Source: Veleropilina oligotropha (Eukaryota). From it: DNA of 41,495 nt. Below, piece after piece: positions 1 to 11,183 of the stretch (position 1 is its first letter; each line of letters begins with the position of its first letter). Where the stretch lies: NCBI GenBank assembly GCA_048128005.1, contig JBEUKZ010000104.1, positions 310,001-351,495 of the forward strand. Reading direction: 5' to 3'. A model generated the notes under the pieces. The model was given only the letters and a program-made list of their open reading frames with translations. It had not been told where the DNA came from and searched no databases. The translations under genes and the position numbers were made by a program.

Positions 1-454
1 GTCATAGATATCAGCAGTTATTTGTATTGTTTGCAAAATTAATTACAGTTTGTTCATGTATAGTGCTAAAGTTGGGATAAACAAAAATAGTTTGTAATAC
101 ATTTATTTATATAACAGTAAATTCGCATTACATGCTAGCGTATACGATGCATGATTATAAGAAATTACGCATGTGTAGCATGCACGTACGTTACACAAAA
201 CTTATAAGGGGACAGTATGACTATATACGCAAATCACCATTTATGAATACTGTAAATTAAATAATGCATGTTTAGTGGGTATATTATTATATTTGATTGT
301 CGACGTCACTGTGTATAAAACATGAACATTATACCATCATCATTGTCTGTGCTTATATAATATAAAATTTGGTTTCTGATTCAAAATAAAGATTTTTTCC
401 TCGCTGGGGTAAATATTTCTGGTAGCGTGGAACCGCCAGAAATTTTTTTTATGT

Positions 455-735
455 CATACCTATAAGATATTTATCTCATACGTATAATATATTATCTCAT
501 ACGTGTGATATATCATCTTATACGTATGATATATTATCTCATACGTACGAGATAATAACTCATACTTATGAGATAATAATTCATACGCATGAGATAATAA
601 CTCATACGTATGGGATGATATATCATGCGTATAAGATAATAACCCATGCGTATGTGATAATAACTCATGTGTATGAGATAATAACTCACACGTATGGGAT
701 AATAACTCATACGTATGAGATAATTATCTCGTACG
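455..735. repeat. ~21-bp minisatellite (~12 copies) with palindromic core CTCATACGTATGAG
   Basis: Repeated unit ataactcatacgtatgagata; the ORF at 615..899 is a translation of this repeat. Confidence 0.9.
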
Positions 736-757
736 AACCTTGTTTACAAAGCGTTCA

Positions 758-852
758 GGCGCCCGGTGGTCGAGTGGATAGCGACCTCACTCCAAGTCTA
801 CTTGACCTGTCTGCATTGTTGAAAGGTTGCCAGTTCGAGTGCGGTCAAGGCA
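758..852 (+). mobile_element. tRNA-derived (SINE-head-like) degenerate Pol III sequence
   Basis: A-box-like TGGTCGAGTGG near 767 and B-box-like AGTTCGAGTGC near 832; no intact cloverleaf. Confidence 0.5.
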
Positions 853-914
853 AAAAATATTCGTCATCAGACACAGTTGCCCATGACTGGCCAGTGTAAG
901 ATTGAAGATGCACC

Positions 915-1210
915 CCCCTTGAAAAGTGACCCCTACGGTCACTTTTTAACGTTGAATAATGACCATGGGTGCCTTTTCAACTGTTGAATAATGACCCCGG
1001 GTACCTTTTCAACGTTGAATAATGACCCCGGGTATGTTTTCAACGGATGGGGGTCATTTTTCAATGGCTCACACACGGATTCAAAAGACACCCCCGTTGA
1101 ATATACGTCCTATGGTCTCTTTTCAACTGTTGAATAATGAACCTGGGTACCTTTTCAACATTGAATAATGAACTAAGGTACCATTTCAACGTTGAATAAT
1201 GGCCCCGCGA
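915..1210. repeat. ~33-bp tandem repeat (ttttcaacgttgaataatgaccccgggtacc)
   Basis: About 6 copies in two clusters, each with palindromes TTCAACGTTGAA and CCCGGG. Confidence 0.85.
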
Positions 1211-1795
1211 AGTTTTTACACATGGTGGAGGGGAGGGGACATTTTTAAATGGCCTACCTACGGGTTGAAAGGGTACCCCGTCGAATATACACCCATTAGG
1301 TATATTATGCAAAGGTACAGATTAAATAATTGAATGCAGTGCATTTCTTATATAATGATTTGGGCTTGTGGCGTTATATTTCTATTTCGCAAATGCCTGA
1401 ACAAGCTTTCTTTATATGGATTAAATATTATAATATGTATTGTCGGACTATTATAATCGAGCTGTGATCCTGCTGTCTGACACCACACCACTGTCACCAC
1501 TACGTGGGCATAGACGGGTCTGGAAACCAAGAACAGGAAAAAAGTCGATAGTGCTGAATGTATATTCAGGTTTTTTTAATTTAGGGATATGCGTACGTAA
1601 CTTGCCCACACCCCCCTGCTGCAATCTTCTTTTATGTTGTTTGAAAACATAATGTAACCAATCTATGCGGTTTGGATTGTATATCTTGACTCCATATAAT
1701 CAGTATTTGTTGTATCATTTAGACAATGAAACTTGTGTCTAGGCCGCCGACACACACAAAGATGCACAAGAGCCGGGCTGTAGAATCAAGTATAA

Positions 1796-1985
1796 AGCCG
1801 TGTTTCCACTCGCTCGAATGCGAAAACGACTAATGACTAACGAATAGGCCTATATCCCTTCATGATAAAATATAAGAACTGAAAATATTTGGATGTCGTA
1901 CGAATGGAAAAGGCCCTTATATTTTATCATGAAAACGATACATTCGTTAGTCGTTTTTAGCAATCGGACGAGTGGAAACCCGGCT
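1796..1985. mobile_element. PIF/Harbinger-type MITE (190 bp)
   Basis: TIRs AGCCGTGTTTCCACTCG / CGAGTGGAAACCCGGCT, further inverted match (ttcatgataaaatataag / cttatattttatcatgaa), TWA-type flanks (TAA left, TTA right). Confidence 0.75.
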
Positions 1986-2088
1986 TTAATGTGACATGCG
2001 ATATGTTGTCACTAGTGCAGCTCGTTGTCCTTCGGCACAGGCCGACTGGATTAAATATGGGGTGCCGTTTTGCTATTTAATCGTTTTC

Positions 2089-2430
2089 GTGATATCACGC
2101 AGTCGTCTAAGTGATATCACGCAGTCATCTAAGTGATATCACATAGAAGACTGAGTGATATCACCCATTCAAACGAATGAGTGATATCACGCAGTCGTCT
2201 AGGTGATATCACATAAACAAACGAATGAGTGATATCACGCAGACGTCTGCGTGATATCACGCAGTCGTCTAAGTGATATCACTCATTCGTTTGTGTGATA
2301 TCACTCATTCAAACGAATGTGTGATATCACACAGTCGTCTATGTGATATCACTCAGTCGTCTAAGTGATATCACCCATTCAAACGACTAAGTGATATCAC
2401 GCATTCGACTAAGTGATATCACGCATTCGT
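2089..2430. repeat. Left subterminal ~21-bp array of the TIR element
   Basis: Repeated GTGATATCAC palindromes with gcagtcgtctaa-type spacers. Confidence 0.9.
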
Positions 2431-3152
2431 TTTTATCTACTGCCAAATAATAAATTCTCCCCTGTGCTGCTCCGCAGTTGCAATCTCATGCGCCGATTGT
2501 GCTACGCTACTGTGTATGGTATTCGGCAGGGGAAATAACTCGTCTCTGTTTTGGAGACTGCCACAGTTGATGAAGCCTTTCGATTTACTGCATCGAGCGA
2601 TTGTTATGGATAATACGTCATAATTTGCCAAGTAATTGGTGTGATTCATGCAGTGACTATAAACTGGTCAAATATGCGTCTTGAGTGAATTAAATATTAT
2701 AACCATGAACCAAGTGCCCCCGCAAACAATTAATAACCAACAAGCTCAACAAAAACGCGACATTTTAAGGCGCATTCAGCATGTACTAACTAGCGCCAAC
2801 CGGTGTTTGGAAAATGAAGATGTTGACTGCAATCAAGTAAAAGTTGAGCTGAGGCAGGCATCGCGGTCATTGAGATTAATCAAGGATATGTTGGCACAAG
2901 ATCACTTCACCACAATCGAGTCTATGATCATCTCTGTACTTGATTAGATTGACAGAAAGAAGTATGGGGTGACAGATATTTACTGCATAAATTCTGTTGT
3001 AAATAATCCTAAAAAAATAAAGTGTTCATCTCCTGAAGGGTACAAAATAAAACTTTCTATTTGTGTTTTGAATTTTTTTTTTACAATACTATTAATTTAT
3101 CCAATCAGCTCTCTGGGGGACACAGGGAGCAAAAAATATCTATGGAAATAGC

Positions 3153-3608
3153 GAATGTGTGATATCACCCATTCGTCTAAGTGATATCACTTAGTCGTTT
3201 GAATGAGTGATATCACTTAGACGACTGGGTGATATCACGCAGACGAATGGGTGATATCACGTAGTCGTTTGAATGTGTGATATCACTTAGACGAATGAGT
3301 GATATCACTTAAACGACTGCGTGATATCACTCAAACGAATGGGTGATATCACGTAGTCGTTTGAATGGGTGATATCACTTAGACGACTGAGTGATATCAC
3401 TTAGACGACTGCGTGATATCCCGAATTCGTTTGAATAGGTGATATCACACAGTCGTTTGTGTGATATCACGCAGTCGTCTAAGTGATATCACGTAGACGA
3501 CTGTGTGATATCACTCATTCAATTGCGAATGAGTGATATCACTCATTCGTCTACGTGATATCACCCATTGAATGGGTGATATCACCCAGTGAATGGGTGA
3601 TATCACGC
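3153..3608. repeat. Right subterminal ~21-bp array (largely inverted relative to left)
   Basis: Repeated GTGATATCAC with ttagacgactg-type spacers. Confidence 0.9.
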
Positions 3609-3889
3609 AAAAGCGATTAAATAGCAAAACGGCACCCCATAATTAAAGCGCTGCTCCATGTTCCATCACTGACTGAGCTCTTATGATGACGGAGGGCTCA
3701 AATTTCGACGAATACAATATTGTAGTAACAGTTACGGTATCCCCAAAACGGCGAGTGGGTTTCGCCATATAATATTATATACGCAAAATTCCTACATGAC
3801 ATCTTTTTGTATGTTAAACGGTCCATACAAAATACGCCATCCACTTCAATAGTAGTATTGATGTCTCTTGACTACCAAAACAGGGGCGA

Positions 3890-4790
3890 TAACCCTAACC
3901 CCAGGTTTTGGGCGTTTCCCCGGGGGTGGGGGTTTGTTTGGCGTACCCCCGGGCGACCCCTCCCTGTTCTAACCCCAGGTTTTCGTTGTCTAACCCTAGG
4001 TTTTCGTCGTTTAACCCTATGTTTTCACTGTTAGTTTTGTGCATTTCCCCGGGGGTGGGGTTTTGTCAGGGGGTGGGGGCATACCCCCCGGGCGACTCCA
4101 ACCAGTTCCGGGGGTGTGGGGTAGGTATAACCCTAGGTTTTCACCGTTTAACCCTAGGTTTTCACTGTTAGTTTTGTGCATTTCCCCGGGGGGTGGGGGT
4201 GCCGTACCCCCGAGCGACCCAACCCTGTTCCGGGGGTGTGGGGGAGGTATAACCCTATGTTTTCACTGTTAGTTTTGTGCATTTCCCCGGGGGTGGGGTT
4301 TTGTCAGGGGGTGGGGGCATACCCCCCGGGCGACCCAACCCTGTTCCGGGGGTGTGGGGTAGGTATAACCCCAGGTTTTTACCGTTTAACCCTAGGTTTT
4401 CACTGGTAGTTTTGTGCATTTCCCCGGGGGGGTGTCAGGCGTACCCCCGGGCGACTCCACCCTGTTCCAGGGGCAGTATAACCCTATGTTTTCACCGTTT
4501 AACCCTATGTTTTCACTGTTAGTTTTGTGCATTTCCCCGGGGGTGGGGTTTTGTCAGGGGTGGGGGCATACCCCCCCGAGCGACTCCACCCCAGTTCCGG
4601 GGTGTGTGGGGTAGGTATAACCCTAGGTTTTCACCGTGTAACCCTAGTTTTTGCTGCTGTTTGATAGCTGGTATGCTCTAGTATGCTGGTATGGTCTAGT
4701 ATGCTGGTATGCCAACCCTAACCCTAACCCTAGTTGGTATGCTTTAGTATTTTCATATGCTTTAGTATGCTAACCCTAACCCTAGCTAGT
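3890..4790. repeat. G-rich 100-140 bp tandem repeats with telomere-like TAACCC motifs (putative Polinton subterminal repeat)
   Basis: Units start near 4011, 4148, 4250, 4387, 4500, 4639 (aaccctakgttttcactgttagttttgtgcatttccccggggg...); (AACCCT)3 at 4714-4731. Confidence 0.85.
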
Positions 4791-7325
4791 ATGATCGTAT
4801 GATAGTATGTTCCGTAAATCACCTGGGATACCTATCGCCATGTATATGAATTATTTTCACCTATCCCCCTAGATCCCGATGAATACCCAATCAGCGATTT
4901 CACCTTGACGGTGTCATGTCCCTATACACTGTTAAACTCCCATATATTAAGTATCTCCAGTAGTTTGGAATTGACCGAAGCTGTTTTCACAGAATTATCA
5001 CGGTAAAGCCATATATATGTAGCATACATGTGATAAATCCAAAAACCATTCCAGGAGGTTGGGGTCAATATTCCAGGAGATTCCAGAAGTATTTTTATCG
5101 GAGGATTTTATCGTCGATTTCGTCATATATTTGAAATTATTTGAATAAAAAGGCATTCATAGAAATGAAATATTATTTTATTTATGCAATCAAAACAATA
5201 CCATTAAATATTATAATTAAATATATATATATTAAACACCATAAATAATTATATAATACAACCTTAAATATTTACAATTCTTATTGTATATATCTTCAGT
5301 AAAGTACAACATGCACAGCCTTAATTACTTGATCAGCATAGTAACATTTATATGTTGTCATAACAAAATTAAACCTAAAAAAGCCGATTATCATTAATCA
5401 TCTTATATTTTTAAAAGTTCTTGCAGACAATCCAGATTACCTTTGCGGTTAGGCCTAATAGCAATGTACTTTGCCGATAAATGCAAACTTGTATTAAATC
5501 ACTCGAGCTCAGAGCATGTCAGTTGCGCTAATCCCTATTATTTGGCAACTCTACTGAAACTCTTGATGAGTAATTAAACAATAGACGTTTTCATAGCATT
5601 TATTCGTAATAAATTTGCTTTATTAGCTCTATTGACATCTAATTATTTGTGAACTACGGGCCTACATCAAATAGATCACAACGTTGATTCGAAAATTATA
5701 TTCGTATTAAATAGTACAAATTTAAATACCCGGTGCGAGATTATTTTGTAACGCAATATAAAGAGATATATGATAGTCAGAAAACACTCGTATATTTCTG
5801 TAAATAGTTCCCGAAATTACTGCGCGACAATTGCTATCAACACAAAAGCACGCTTCAATGTTTCAACAAAAGAACGCTGAGTGCTTGTGGTAAACGGAGT
5901 ATCAAACGAATATTTTGACAATAATCTTCATGCTCTATCGCGTTCTATCTACACAATTTATGTAGAGGTATATTGTTACAGCATCTACTGTATTTGACGA
6001 CTTATTAAACGAGTTCCGTTTACCGACTCCAAAACTATTGCGGATAAGAAATAACATTGCGAAAATAGCTTTGAGGGAGAAATCAAAATATTCCGGTAGG
6101 AATTTGTCATTTCGGGAGATTTCTGTCATTTCGGGAGTAGGCCATTTTGGGGGTGCCGATTTCGGGAGAATTATACTCCCGGCGGGAGGTATCACATGTA
6201 TGATGTAGTGCATTTATTGTATTATTCACAATTCTGATACTGTCATTAGGACCAAAATGCGGTGTTATATACACAATCTGCTTGAAGTAACCCAGTGCAA
6301 GTTATTTAATCACTACCGCTATTATTAGTATATATATATATATTGTAATGTCAAACAGTTAGAATCTGATGTATTTATTATGATGGCTTTAATATAGAGA
6401 AAAATTAGAATCAGAATTTATGAACATTTTAAAAGATTGAACTATTTACTGACAATCTAGTTATGTACACGCTGTATTCTGTTCATTCCCTATATGTTAG
6501 TTGTTTATTCGCAGCTTGAAATATTACTGATATCAAGTGTTGAACTATATTGTTAAGCATTTATTCAAATGTATTTTCCAATGTTATAGACATTGGCTAG
6601 TCATATTGGACGATCTGCCATTGAGCCGAATTGTTGTATACTGAAGTCACATGACATGTTTGTTAATGTATTTCGCCGACGTGAAGCCCTTTGTTCGGAA
6701 TAAGCTAATAAAAGCGACTTTTAGTAAGTATATATACGATGAAATTCAACAGATAATGTCATTTGAAAACGAAATATACCTATAATGATAGCATGACATC
6801 GAATTATCAGTCGAAAATTGCTATCGATCTCGTATTAGGCGTATATGGTTTGTTGCTATATTAAGCGAATACCCGATAATAACAAATAGGGGTATGTAGA
6901 TAAATAAATGTCATTTGAAAATGAAATATAATGATGGTATAACGAAGAATTATTAGTTAATTATTAGCGATTATGAATAATTCTCAACGCTAATATATGG
7001 CCAGTACTTGTATCATAACATACCGCATTCAACTATATAGCGCGTAGTCTGTCTTTTCATTTTGATTTGCTGTGCTTATATATACATACTGTCAAAGCTA
7101 TTTATGGATTATGACGTTATTAGCGAGCCATTAATGAGATTTCAGGTGATTGTGTAATCATTCTCGGGTAAAGCCGGGAATTTCCGTAATCCAGCATTCT
7201 TGCACTCATTCGTTATTTAAAAAAAAAATCAGATATCAGCCTAAATGCTTTAATATAATGATAAATAAATAGTAAATACCCAGACATATTAACCAAAACT
7301 GGAGGGGGATAGATCTATGTTTGAA

Positions 7326-7965
7326 CCGTTTAACATTTCCATTTGATCAGACGAATTATTGGGAGGATAACTGTGTTCTAACCAAGTGTTATTATCCCTA
7401 TATGAATAACCTATACTGTTAGTTAGCGAGGTTATATTTATTACATTGCCACATATGAAGCATATTATTATATATATATACCCGACTGTTTAACGTCTCT
7501 ATTTGATCGTCCGAATTATGGGGGAGATAACTGTGTAGGGTTTCTAGTACCCCTATATGAATAACATATACTGTTAGTTAGCGAGGATATATTTATTACA
7601 TTACCACATATGAAGCATATTATATATATATATATATACCCGCCCGTTTAACATCTCTATTTTATCGAACGTATTATGGGGGAGATAACTGTGTACGGTT
7701 TCTATTACCCCTTATATGAAGCTTATATGCTGTTAGCTAGGGAGGTAATATTTATTACATAGCCACGTGTGAAGCATATTATTATATACATCCGACCGAT
7801 TAACGTCTCTATTTTATTGAACGAATTATGGGGGAGATAACTGTGTTTGGTTTCTATTATCCACATATGAATAACATATACTGATAATTATATTTTTCAT
7901 TGCAGTTTGTGATGCATATATTTCATATTGGACTGTTTAACATCTCCATTTGATCAGATGAACAC
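7326..7965. repeat. ~155-160-bp tandem repeat, ~4.3 copies
   Basis: Unit ccgtttaacatctctattt...gaattatgggggagataactgtgt...atatgaagcatatt starting near 7326, 7487, 7645, 7797, 7933. Confidence 0.9.
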
Positions 7966-8021
7966 AAGGTTTACGGTATATCTGACCGATATATTTCATC
8001 TATTATTTGAAGCGGAAGCAT

Positions 8022-8104
8022 ATGCCGCCGGTTGGCCTCGAACCTGAGCCATCCTGGCTGCCTCGGTTGAGTGTCTGATTCGCTAACCACTCGCCCATCA
8101 ATGC
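8022..8104 (-). ncRNA. tRNA-like Pol III sequence (degenerate)
   Basis: Minus-strand A box TGGGCGAGTGG (8087-8097) and B box GGTTCGAGGCC (8034-8044); stems pair poorly. Confidence 0.4.
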
Positions 8105-8563
8105 AGTTATGTGATTATGATTAGATGAACTATATAAGTGTTATATAGTGATTTTTCACCAAACAATTATATACTTACATTGTCATGTCATTGTTCATGC
8201 TGAAGGTTCATAGCGCATCTGATCATATTGTCGTCAACTGATTATTTATACGTCCGTGGTGTTACTAAATATAGACACATTGTTACTATAAATAGCCTGA
8301 AAGGAAGTGGATTCTGATTGGTTAAAAATGATGTCATTACATGACTGGAAGTGTTCTCTGATTGGTTAATCTGGTAGCTGCTTATAAATACATTGAAGCA
8401 TATGTTCACATATACTATTCATAGTGATTACTTGTACCGCATGACATTTCTATGTCAACTGCTATCCTCTCTCAGTAGTATATTTCACACAGACATTGAC
8501 AATAAAAACAAAACAATTATTATATTTATTATTTATTAATCACTTTCATTATATTAAATACAT

Positions 8564-9832
8564 TTATTCATTTTCTTCATCCAGCTCCATGCTGTCACCT
8601 TCACCTTCAGAAGATTCAGATTGCCAGTATGTTTCGATTTCAGGTTGTAATTTTTTCACGGCCATATTGATAGAGGCTTTTGAACCATGACCTCGTTCTA
8701 AGTATTTATCCATTTTGTCCATCACCTTATTATGTACTTTTCCGTGTCTTAATCTTTTAATGTAGAACAGTATTTCCTTATATTTATTCATGACTTGTAC
8801 TAAATCCTCAAGATATAACTTGTCGTTGGTTTTTTCCGTGGCCTCTTCGTCGTTCAACCCTTCCTTGATGAATCTTTCATATTTTCCGTCAAAGAGTGAT
8901 TTATTTTGATCATGGCTTAACTTCATGAGTTGATTTAACACTTTTGATTCTTCATCAATCATTTTTGATTCTTTATTGATTATGTCCAAGTCTAATTTTC
9001 TTTTTTTAGAATTTCCATGACACCAATCTTTTACATGCTCTTGTAAACTTGAACTATGATCAAATAATAAGCCACAATAATTGCAGGAGATCATGTCTTC
9101 CTCTTCGCTGCTGCTATAATAATTTGATTGAATTCGATTCATTTCAGGTGTATGCACTTTAAAATCCAGCAGTATATAGCCATAGGGTTCTTTCGTTGCA
9201 TCTTCAAATTGCTTCATGAGTTTGTCTGGACTTCCAGGATACATTTGTCTTGCCAGGGTCATAACAAGTTGCTTGTCAACAGGACTATTGAATAATATCA
9301 AGTATTGACAATTTCTTACCTGCGTGGGGTCTTTAGAGTGATACAAGTTTTGATTAATAGCTATAACTGAGAGATTTCTATGATGACTGCCTTCTGTGAA
9401 TAAATCGGTGATGCTTTCATCTTTACTTGTCATGAGGTCATCCAGTACAATAACATTTCTTATTCTTGGATCTAAGAATTCATCCTTGGCAAGGTCTTGT
9501 GGAATTCCTTTCATAAATTCAACAGAAATACTAGTTTTGATGACATCGTACAGTGGCTGCCATCTTTTGTATAACCAAATAATTCTTTTTGGTGCAGGAG
9601 AGATACGGGCATGAAGTAAAATATTTTTAACTAAGTAAGTCTTTCCAGATGATGTCGGGCCTGAGACAGTCAATGTAAAGGGATGTTGTAACTGAAATGG
9701 GGTGGTAGGTGGTGGTGGCGGCGGCGGTGGTGGTGGTTGGTAAATGGTCTCAATGACATGTTTTTGGTTGAAATGTCTCATCAAGGCATCTCGCCTAGAA
9801 AATATTTTGCGGCAATCAAGACACTTATGCAT
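8564..9832 (-). CDS. Polinton/Maverick A32-like (FtsK-HerA) DNA packaging ATPase with N-terminal C2H2 finger, poly-Pro linker and a second finger
   Basis: Walker A GPTSSGKT, Walker B VIVLDD, LFTEGSHHRNLSVIAINQ and PYGYILLD motifs; CLDC..HFNQKH and CNYC..HVKDWC fingers; likely start GCCATG at 9832; AATAAA overlaps the stop. Confidence 0.88.
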   Translation of the reverse strand: MHKCLDCRKIFSRRDALMRHFNQKHVIETIYQPPPPPPPPPPTTPFQLQHPFTLTVSGPTSSGKTYLVKNILLHARISPAPKRIIWLYKRWQPLYDVIKTSISVEFMKGIPQDLAKDEFLDPRIRNVIVLDDLMTSKDESITDLFTEGSHHRNLSVIAINQNLYHSKDPTQVRNCQYLILFNSPVDKQLVMTLARQMYPGSPDKLMKQFEDATKEPYGYILLDFKVHTPEMNRIQSNYYSSSEEEDMISCNYCGLLFDHSSSLQEHVKDWCHGNSKKRKLDLDIINKESKMIDEESKVLNQLMKLSHDQNKSLFDGKYERFIKEGLNDEEATEKTNDKLYLEDLVQVMNKYKEILFYIKRLRHGKVHNKVMDKMDKYLERGHGSKASINMAVKKLQPEIETYWQSESSEGEGDSMELDEENE

Positions 9833-10262
9833 GGCTTCCTGGAGGTCCAGAAAAAAGACTTCCAATTACAAACTTCTTTTGTTGAACAATCTTCGAGGTG
9901 ACCTCCTGGACTTCTTTTGACATACTGATATCTTTTCTCTTCTTTCCCCTTTTTGTTTCATTTTTAGCTTTTGTCTGTTTTCTAATTTGAATAGGTTTAT
10001 GATCATTCAGCTTAATCATATTCTGTTTTGTCAATTCAATATGAGGAACACCCTCTTTTTCCTGTTTTTCATTTTCGACTTTTGCCCTTTCGTTCACTGC
10101 AGCCATCGGTGTAGTCATGGGGATCATATAAGGAGTCCTATATATGCCTGCCAAACCTCTGTTTTGAGGATAAGGAGCATATGCACTGACTTTACCATCG
10201 TATAAATCTTTATATATTTGATCCCATTGTCCTGGCTTACTAACATACACTTTTCCTGACAT
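9825..10262 (-). CDS. Small basic protein overlapping the ATPase start (Polinton-associated hypothetical protein)
   Basis: MSGKVYVSKPGQWDQIYK...MTTPMAAVNERAK with Lys-rich C-terminal half; its stop overlaps the ATPase ATG (ATGCATAA), a compact virus-like layout. Confidence 0.6.
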   Translation of the reverse strand: MSGKVYVSKPGQWDQIYKDLYDGKVSAYAPYPQNRGLAGIYRTPYMIPMTTPMAAVNERAKVENEKQEKEGVPHIELTKQNMIKLNDHKPIQIRKQTKAKNETKRGKKRKDISMSKEVQEVTSKIVQQKKFVIGSLFSGPPGSHA

Positions 10263-10360
10263 GTTTAAAATTAAGTGGTGGTGGTGGTGATGGTGGTTAG
10301 GATCATGTCCAGTGACAGTCAGAGAAGCTGACACTGGAGCCAGTGAAGCTGGCTCATGTT

Positions 10361-10510
10361 CCTAACCCTAGGTTTTGGGCATTTCCCCTACCCCGGGGTG
10401 GTATACTCCCTCACCCCCCGGGGAGCCACGCCCTGTTAACCCCAGATATATTGTTTCAGCTAGGGTTAGGGTTGAATAACTATTTAGGGATAAACCACTA
10501 TAATTAGGGT
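10361..10510. repeat. Isolated copy of the 3890 subterminal unit plus TTAGGG motifs
   Basis: cctaaccctaggttttgggcatttcccc...ccccgggagccacgccctgttaaccccag aligns with 3894-3978; TAGGGTTAGGGTT at 10461. Confidence 0.7.
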
Positions 10511-11183
10511 TACGGGAAATGCGAGTCCCCGAGACTTTTACATGTTAATGCGACAATCGCCGCTACGTTTAAGTCATTTGTACAGCACGTGCCATCGCCA
10601 GTGCGCCGCTAAATACGACACTGCCGCACTACATTTAGAACCAAATAACACATCTGCGCGCAAAAATACGCCACCGATGAATGTGCCGCGCACGAAATGC
10701 GTTTACAAATGTAATTTATCCGCCATTCGGGGACCGCGGCGCTTTTCTCACCATTCGGGGCACATCCTTTCATAGCGCCATTCCTTACTCAATTACATGA
10801 TTGCAGTGTGGTCCGCTAACGTTACCCACCATACATATTGATTTATTTGTTGGTTTACAAAGCGAGTCTTTAATTGCCATATAATCATAAAGACATGTAC
10901 ATTGTGAAAATCTTTAATCTACTTCATCGAGCTCAGTTCTCCTCTGTTCTATTTGTAACGGCTTTGACTCCTTATCACGCCGTCGTGCGGGAGGTGTTTT
11001 AGAAATGCGTGGGCGATGACAACAACTGCACAAATACTGTGAAAGTAGAGAGACAAATGCCACATTAATTTGTACCCCAACTTTTAATTAAATATTATGC
11101 TTGCCACCGAATCACTGCGACACTGCTAAACACCATCTCGACGGGTTGTGTTATTGCATCGAAACATGAACCAGTTTCCTTTT

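Larger units (their letters stand above)
2056..3641. mobile_element. IS3EU-like non-autonomous DNA transposon
   Basis: TIRs TATGGGGTGCCGTTTTGCTATTTAATCG / CGATTAAATAGCAAAACGGCACCCCATA; exact 6-bp TSD ATTAAA (2050-2055, 3642-3647); TAY..RTA ends with 6-bp TSD match IS3EU; subterminal arrays around GTGATATCAC. Confidence 0.75.
3851..10510. mobile_element. Polinton/Maverick-like element remnant (right boundary uncertain)
   Basis: AGTAGTA at 3851 followed by a G/C-run-rich repeat block; contains a packaging ATPase gene; no pPolB, integrase or capsid genes recognised and no matching right TIR found. Confidence 0.6.

Noticed and set aside
2089..3608. Regularly spaced palindromic repeats resembling a CRISPR array
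   Set aside because: Spacers are short and repetitive rather than unique, arrays lie inside TIRs, no cas genes, eukaryotic context
3807..4614. Six overlapping Gly/Pro-rich ORFs
   Set aside because: Translations of the tandem repeat
4714..4785. True telomere or chromosome end
   Set aside because: Only 2-3 consecutive hexamers, internal, embedded in element repeats
5935..6213. 92-aa ORF and cluster of TTCGGGAG motifs
   Set aside because: No recognisable domain; may be one arm of a TIR but no partner was found
10900..11036. Possible terminal exon on minus strand (YLCSCCHRPRISKTPPARRR)
   Set aside because: Acceptor-like site present but no upstream exon or homology recognised
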